DNA from: the human T2T-CHM13v2.0 reference genome, Homo sapiens
Length of the DNA stretch: 64,000 nucleotides
Reading direction: 5' to 3' (one strand)
Assembly (NCBI RefSeq): GCF_009914755.1
Contig: NC_060929.1
The first letter of the stretch is position 1, and the number at the start of each line of letters is the position of its first letter. The notes beneath the pieces are model-generated. The model did no database searches. It saw nothing but the letters and a program-made list of their open reading frames with translations, and was not told where the DNA came from. Positions 55,526 through 64,000 of the stretch are shown one piece after another. The translations under genes and the position numbers were made by a program.

Positions 55526-56237
55526 TCTACAAACGCCACAGTGAAGAACTTTGTTGCAAACACATGCAGGCTGTGAAAAGAACTCTGTGCCTAAAGTCCT
55601 TTCATTTCTTTGCTGGAGTTTTTTTGAGGCAGATTCTAGAATTGCTGAGTCAAAGGGCAAATGCCATGTAGTTTTGTTAGACGCTGCCAAATCCTCTTCC
55701 ATGAGGCTGCAATATTCTGCATTCCACAGTGACGTATGAGAGTCCTTGTATCCCACAGCTTCATAAACAAAGCATGACGGCACATCTGCACGTTTACCAA
55801 TCACACAGGTGAGAAATCTTATCCTAGTTTCACCTTTGTTTTTGGTTTGCATTTTTGTGACCAGCTTTTTTATGGTATAATGCACAGAAGGTAATGAACA
55901 CATTCTACCCACAAGCTTCTTCCTGTGCCTTTGGAATCTGCTCCTGCCAGTCTGCAGGCAACCACGGATCTGCTTTCCGTCACGTAGGAGGCATTCTTGA
56001 CACCCTCTGTACACAGCATGCACTTTTTAAATTTGGCTTCTCTTACACAGCATAGTGACTTTCAGATTTATTCAAGCTGCTGCGTGTGCCAATAGTCCAC
56101 TCCTTCCTAGTGCTGAGGCCCCCATCACATGAGCACAACTGTTTCCTGTGTGTGATGTGTTGTTCTCTGGCTGTGCACTGCCAAAAAAGACATCATTAAA
56201 AAAAATCTAAATATAATGTAAAACCTGCCTTGTCTTA

Positions 56238-56548
<311 letters not shown>

Positions 56549-56611
56549 TAATAGAAGAAAAGCAAAGATTTTTCTTACCAAAAATACACTTTAAGGAACA
56601 AATTTATCATA

Positions 56612-56691
56612 TTAAGTTGGTGCAACAGTAATCATGGCTTTTGCCATTGAAAGTAATGGCAAACACCACAATTACTTTTGCACCAACCTAA
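56612..56691. mobile_element. MADE1 (Hsmar1-derived MITE)
   Basis: 80-bp palindrome TTAAGTTGGTGCAA...TTGCACCAACCTAA flanked by TA. Confidence 0.9.
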
Positions 56692-56813
56692 TATTATTTT
56701 CTAATGACAAACTTGGAAATAATTGTCATTGTTCTCTAAAAAGAACAGTCTAAAAATAAAGCAGCAGCCCATTTACTTCTATGCCAGTTCTTTTAGTATT
56801 TGGTTATTTAAAC

Positions 56814-59377
56814 TGGTGGTCCCTAACCTTGTTGGCACCAGGGACTGGTTTCATGGAAGACACTTTTTCCACGGACAAGTGTGGGGATGGTGGGGATGGT
56901 TTGGAGATGAAACGGTTCCAGCTCAGATGAGCAGCATTAGATTCTCATAAGCGGCGCATAACCTAGATCCTTCGCATGCGCAGTTCACAACAGGGTTCCA
57001 CTCCTATGAGAATCTAATGCCACCACTGATCTGGCAGGAGGCGGAGCTCACACAGTAATGATGACAGGGGGCGGAGCTCACTCGGTAATGATGACAGGAG
57101 GTGGAGCTCACACGGTAATGCTCTGGCAGGGGGTGGAGCTCACACGGTAATGCTCTGGCGGGAGGCGGAGCTCACACGGTAATGCTCTGACGGGAGGCGG
57201 AGCTCACACAGTAATGCTCTGGCGGGAGGCGGAGCTCACACGGTAATGCTGTGACGGGAGGCGGAGCTCACACGGTAATGCTGTGGCGGGGGGCGGAGCT
57301 CACACGGTAATGCTGTGACGGGAGGCGGAGCTCACACAGTAATGCTGTGACGGGAGGCGGAGCTCACACGGTAATGCTCTGTGGGGAGGCGGAGCTCACA
57401 CGGTAATGCTCTGGCGGGAGGCGGAGCTCACACGGTAATGCTGTGACGGGAGGCGGAGCTCACACGGTAATGATCTGACGGGAGGCGGAGCTCACACGGT
57501 AATGATCTGACGGGAGGCGGAGCTCACACGGTAATGCTGTGACGGGAGGCGGAGCTCACACGGTAATGCTCTGACGGGAGGCGGAGCTCACACGGTAATG
57601 CTGTGACGGGAGGCGGAGCTCACACGGTAATGCTCTGACGGGAGGCGGAGCTCACACGGTAATGCTCGGACGGGAGGCGGAGCTCACACGGTAATGCTCT
57701 GGCGGGAGGCGGAGCTCACACGGTAATGCTGTGACGGGAGGCGGAGCTCACACGGTAATGCTGTGACGGGAGGCGGAGCTCACACGGTAATGCTGTGACG
57801 GGAGGCGGAGCTCACACGGTAATGCTGTGACGGGAGGCGGAGCTCACACGGTAATGCTCGGACGGGAGGCGGAGCTCACACGGTAATGCTGTGACGGGAG
57901 GCGGAGCTCACACAGTAATGCTGTGACGGGAGGCGGAGCTCACACGGTAATGCTGTGGCGGGGGGCGGAGCTCACACGGTAATGCTGTGACGGGAGGCGG
58001 AGCTCACACGGTAATGCTCTGACGGGAGGCGGAGCTCACACGGTAATGCTCTGACGGGAGGCGGAGCTCACACGGTAATGCTCTGGCGGGAGGCGGAGCT
58101 CACACGGTAATGCTCTGACGGGAGGCGGAGCTCACACGGTAATGCTGTGACGGGAGGCGGAGCTCACACGGTAATGCTGTGACGGGAGGCGGAGCTCACA
58201 CGGTAATGCTCGGACGGGAGGCGGAGCTCACACGGTAATGCTGTGACGGGAGGCGGAGCTCACACGGTAATGCTCTGACGGGAGGTGGAGCTCACACAGT
58301 AATGCTTGGACAGGAGGCGGAGCTCACACAGTAATGCTTGGACAGGAGGCGGAGCTCACACAGTAATGTTGTGACTGGAGGTGGAGCTCACACAGTTAAT
58401 GCTTGGAGAGGAGGCGGAGCTCACACAGTAATGCTGTGACAGGAGGCAGAGCTCACACAGTAATGATATGACAGGAGGCGGCGCTCACACAGTAATGCTC
58501 TGGTGGGAGGCAGAGCTCAGAGAGTAATGCTCTGGCAGGAGGCGGAGCCCACAGAGTAATGCTCTGGCAGGGGGCGGAGCTCACAGTAATGCTGTGACTG
58601 GAGGCGGAGCTCACAGAGTAATGCTCTGGCAGGGGGCGGAGCCCACAGAGTAATGCTCTGGCAGGGGGTGGAGCTAACAGAGTAATGCTCTGGCAGGGGG
58701 TGGAGCTCACCCAGTAATGCTCTGGCAGGGGTTGGAGTTCACACAGTAATGCTCTGGCAGGAGGCGGAGCTCACAGTAATGCTGTGACTGGAGGCGGAGC
58801 TCACAGAGTAATGCTCTGGCAGGGGGCGGAGCTCACAGTAATGCTGTGACTGGAGGCGGAGCTCACAGAGTAATGCTCCGGCAGGAGGCGGAGCCCACAG
58901 AGTAATGCTCTTGCAGGGGGCGGAGCTCAGAGTAATGCTCTGGCAGGGGCGGAGCTCAGAGAGTAATGCTCTGGCAGGGGTTGGAATTCACACAGTAATG
59001 CTCTGGCAGGGGGTGGAGCTCACCCAGTAATGCTCTGGCAGGGGTTGGAGCTCACAAGGTAATGCTCTGGCATGGGCGGAGCTCACACAGTAATGCTCTG
59101 ACGGGAGGCGGAGCTCACACAGTAATGCTCTGGCGGGAGGCGGAGCTCACACAGTAATGCTCTGGCAGGGGGCGGAGCACACACAGTAATGCTCTGACAG
59201 GGCGGAGCTCACACAGTAATGCTCTGCAGGGGGCAGAGCTCACAGAGTAATGCTCTGGCAGGGGGTGGAGTTCACACAGTAGCTCACCGGCCCACTGCTC
59301 ACCTCCTACTGTGCGGCCTGGCTCCTAACAGGCCATGGACTGGTAACAATCTGTGGCCTGGGGATTGGGGACCCCTG
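56814..59377 (+). mobile_element. MER1 (hAT-Charlie) element split by an internal minisatellite
   Basis: 5' part GGTCCCTAACC..TTGGCACCAGGGACTGGTTTC...CTCCTATGAGAATCTAATGCC; 3' part GCTCACCTCCTACTGTGCGGCC...TTGGGGACCCCTG; near 8-bp TSD ATTTAAAC/ATTTGAAT. Confidence 0.85.
57030..59285. repeat. 32-bp minisatellite GGGAGGCGGAGCTCACACGGTAATGCT[G/C]TG[A/G]C, ~70 copies
   Basis: Period of 32 bp (CGGTAATG at 57241 and 57273); directly visible. Confidence 0.98.
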
Positions 59378-59502
59378 ATTTGAATAATCGAGGACACACT
59401 CACCTAGTAAACCATCTGCCAAGAAAAAGGAGGAAATGTTCGTTTTCTCCATTTGCTCTCAGGCACCAACATTAATTTGAACTTAGAAATAAACTACAAC
59501 AA

Positions 59503-59767
59503 AGCCAGGCATGGTGGTTCACACCTATAATTCCAGCACTTTGGGAGGCCAAGGAGGGAGGATCACTTGAGCCCAGGAGTCTGAGACCAGCTTAGGCAAC
59601 ACAGTGAGACCCTGTCCCTACAATTACAAAATAAACTAGCTGGGCGTGGTGGTGCACACCTGTAGCCCCAACTACTCAGAAGGCTGAGTTGGGAAGATCA
59701 CCTGAGCTGCCCAGGAGTCTGAGGCTGCAGTGAGCTGAGATTGTACCACTGCACCAATCCTGTCTCA

Positions 59768-59798
<31 letters not shown>

Positions 59799-59800
59799 GA
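59503..59800 (+). mobile_element. AluJ-like SINE
   Basis: Diverged Alu with a long A tail abutting the SDHA-like 3' end. Confidence 0.9.
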
Positions 59801-59809
59801 AACTACAAG

Positions 59810-60358
<549 letters not shown>

Positions 60359-60636
60359 CTATAAAAGTAGATTTACAGCATGTGAACTTAAAGGTATTTG
60401 CTGCAGTATTTTCCAATAACAAATTCAAAAATGATCTACATGCGCAACAGGGGACTGTAAATGATGGCAGATTCGTAGAGTGGAACAGAGCAACGAAAAT
60501 GACACTGTACCAGATTCTCAGTGCTTTACAATAATGCTCCCGTCATGAGCAGTGGGAGAACCCTTGTCTATACCAAGACACTTTATGTTTAAACCATCTA
60601 CTTCCAGTTTTTCTACTTCAAAGTTTAGTATTTATA

Positions 60637-60856
60637 TAGGTTGAACATCCCTAATCCAAAAATCTGAAATTCTCTAAAATCTGAAACTTTCTGAGCACCA
60701 GCATGACATTCAAAAGAAATGTGCTATGGAGTCAGATCTTCCAATTAGGGATGCTCAGACAGTAAGTATAATGCAAATATTCCAAAGTCTGAACAAGCCT
60801 GAAATCCAAAATGCTTCTGGTCCCAAGGATTTCAGAGAAGGAATACTCAAGCTGTG
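60637..60856. mobile_element. Tigger4a/MER46-like MITE
   Basis: TIR-like ends AGGTTGAACATCCCTAATCC and GGAATACTCAAGCTG, with internal ATGCTTCTGGTCCCAAG. Confidence 0.7.
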
Positions 60857-61002
60857 TATTAAATATACACACACAGGAAAAGGTAGGCACATATACAAAG
60901 AAATTTAAACCATAATGGGTCGTCTCTGGTTAGTGAGCTCTTATTTCAATCTCTTTGTACTTTCTAAAATGAGTATGTATTTCTTGAAAAATCACTGAAA
61001 CT

Positions 61003-61282
61003 GGCTGGGCGTGTTGGTTCATGCCAGTTGGAGAGGCCAAGACAGGTGGATCACTTGAGCGCAGGAGTTCAAGACTAGCCTGGGCAACGTGGAGAAACCC
61101 CATCTCCACAAAACATATGAAAATTAGCCAGGCATGGTGGCATGTGCCCAGGAGGCTGAGGTGGGAGGATCACCTGAGCCTGGGGGAGGTTGAGGCTGCA
61201 GTGAGACGAGATCAAGCCACCACATTTCAGCCTGGGCAACAGATGAGACTCTATCTCAGAAAAACAAAAACAAAACAAAAAA
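61003..61282 (+). mobile_element. AluJ-like SINE (pseudo-intron 14)
   Basis: Diverged Alu with a (CAAAA)n tail. Confidence 0.88.
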
Positions 61283-62005
61283 CCCGAACCCGGAAACATT
61301 AAAAATAGACTTGTGCTAAGCGAGTGAAGTGTGATTTCTATACACTATCAGGAAATGGCCTTCATGAGAAGTCCTGAAAATGACCTACTGCCCGAATCAC
61401 AGACACACTAGATGATAGTGAGAGTCCAAAGGTAACTTCCACAGACACAGCTAAGTGATTATACGACTCTTACAAGCTATGAAAAGTTTAAGGGTAAAAG
61501 CTTTCTATCTTCATTGTTTCTGAATCTTAATGCCCAGCGGAAATGCCACACGGGTGAACTGTGCTTGTGTGGAACAAGGCTGCGACCCCCTACCACACCC
61601 TCGGCTGGCTGTTCCCAGGATGCTGCTCACCCCAACCCCACCTCCATTTCTGCCCTTCTCTGCTTGCTCAGTGCCCAGGGGATGCTAAAGACTGCACCAC
61701 ATCCCCTCAGCTCCCCTGCAGATGCTTCCAGTTGGCCCAGCCCGTGGGAGGAGAGGGGAGGCGTCTCTTCTGGGCTCCCTTGACGTGGGACTGGTTTCTG
61801 GTAGTGGCTGTGTCCCCACCCCACAGATGCTGACTTTCTCACTAGGTCTACAATCATCTCCTCCCCTGCCACCAGGCCTTGGACACTTGCTCCTGCCTAG
61901 TGACGTCCATCTGACCCACACCACGGAGCAACCCTTCCTTAAGGCTCCTCTGAACCACCTGCAGGAACTGGATTCTGTTTCCAGCCCAAAGCCCAACTGC
62001 TGTCA

Positions 62006-62287
<282 letters not shown>

Positions 62288-62608
62288 TCACGTTTCTTAT
62301 TACTCTAACAGAGCAATACAGAAAAAACACAGCAGACATTAACATGATCTAAGAGACAGATGCCCTAGAACTCATTCCATTTCTTCAGCCCAGGAGGTTG
62401 GCACCATCAACATGTTCAGAACCCACGGAGGCCGCATGGCTGGCCAGGGGGTGTGCAGCCAGCAGTGAGTCCACAGTAATCCATGTCCGCATGTTCCCTT
62501 AAGCATCCTTTATGTACCTAAGAGTTTATCAAATACTTTGTCTTTTTGCTCCATGTGCTGGGAGACTACCTCAATCTTTTCTTTCAGCCTGTTTTTATTA
62601 AAAAAAAA

Positions 62609-62877
62609 TTTTTTTTTTGAGACAGGGTCTGGCTATGTCACCTGGGCTGGAGTGCAGTGGTGTGATCACAGCTTGCCGGAGCCTTGACTTCCCAGGCTCA
62701 ATCAATCCTCCTGCCTCAGCTTCCTGCGCTACCACCGCGCCTGGCTCATTTTTTATTTTTTTGTAGACACGTTTCACCATGTTGCCCAGGCTGTTCTAGA
62801 ACTCTGGGGCTCAAGTGATCGGCCTGCCTCAGCCTCCCAAATGCTGGGATTACAGGTGTGAGGCACTGCACCTGGCT
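62609..62877 (-). mobile_element. AluJ-like SINE (pseudo-intron 13)
   Basis: Antisense Alu with poly-T at 62609. Confidence 0.9.
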
Positions 62878-62922
62878 TCTATTCTAATTAAAACTCGCTG
62901 TCACCAACTAAATTTATGCACT

Positions 62923-63273
<351 letters not shown>

Positions 63274-63627
63274 TTAATACGTACAAGGAGACAAGAGCAA
63301 GTTCTGAGCAGTGATCACAGCCATTAGCATATTCTAGTGGAGGGTAAATCAGTAAAATTTCATGGTGAATAAAAATGATTTTCCCATTCACCATGTTCAG
63401 CTGACTGGAAAGGCTGCCACCAGCCGCCTACACACGGTCCTGAACCAGCCTGTGCGCCTGCCTTGTGGAGCCTTTGTCCTTTTGCTGATGTGGTTTATCC
63501 TGAACTTGCATTTGCACCCCAAGCTTCCCTTTCTGTTGTTTTTTGCTATCATATGGGAAAAACTCTTACCAGGCAGAATCCAACACGTGTGCTCTGCACA
63601 AAAATCAGTTCATCTGAAGAACAAGTG

Positions 63628-63850
63628 ACCACAGGGCAGGCTCTATAATCAAACCACAGGGCAGGCTCTATGATACCTTTTCCAAACCACAGGGCAGGTC
63701 TGAAACGGTGGCTTACTCGTTAATAAACTGGCATTTCCTCCACAGGGCAGGTTTGAAATGGTGGCTTACTCGTTATTTAATAAACTGGCATTTCCTCCAC
63801 AGGGCAGGCTTGAAACAGTGGCTTACTCGTTATTTAATAAACTGGCATTT
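63628..63850. repeat. ~60-bp tandem repeat x3 plus two partial CCACAGGGCAGG units
   Basis: CCACAGGGCAGG..TGAAA.GGTGGCTTACTCGTT...TAATAAACTGGCATTT is repeated. Confidence 0.9.
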
Positions 63851-64000
63851 ACTTCCTGGTCATGCCACTCTAGCTGCACTTCTAACCTTGGCCTTCTAAC
63901 AGCAAAGCACATTGGCTTGGAGATGCCACTGCTGGCATCAGTGGATGCCGACCCAAAGCAAGGAAAAGGTCACGGTGATCCAGAAGATGGCGAGAACCCA

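Noticed and set aside
57030-59285. 32-bp array as a CRISPR array
   Set aside because: Units are head-to-tail with no unique spacers, there are no cas genes, and the context is human and MER1-derived.

Overview
Human (primate) subtelomeric, GC-rich genomic DNA. From recalled protein sequences it is recognisable as 5p15.33 between LPCAT1 and the SDHA pseudogene SDHAP3. The minus strand carries LPCAT1 coding exon 1 (9538-9404) in a CpG island, with bases 1-9403 being LPCAT1 intron 1. The last two exons of an unprocessed SDHA copy lie at 62269-62156 and 60277-~59810, and the final splice acceptor of that copy is destroyed. The ~50 kb between the genes contains old L1, Alus, MaLR/ERV LTRs, Tigger1, MER1 and MADE1, a HERV-E env fragment fused to a HERV-K LTR5, and many tandem repeats. 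All long ORFs in the ORF track other than these exons and the TE relics are best explained as repeat or GC-content artefacts. I found no new protein-coding system. The most interesting signals are: (1) the two largest arrays and a G-rich array each expanded from a short motif inside a transposable element, and several repeats multiply transcription-factor motifs (DR4, TEAD, AP-1/ARE); (2) a chimeric LTR5/HERV-E env junction with no target-site duplication; (3) the broken SDHAP3 terminal exon. Repeat family names come from recalled consensus sequences, not from a database search.
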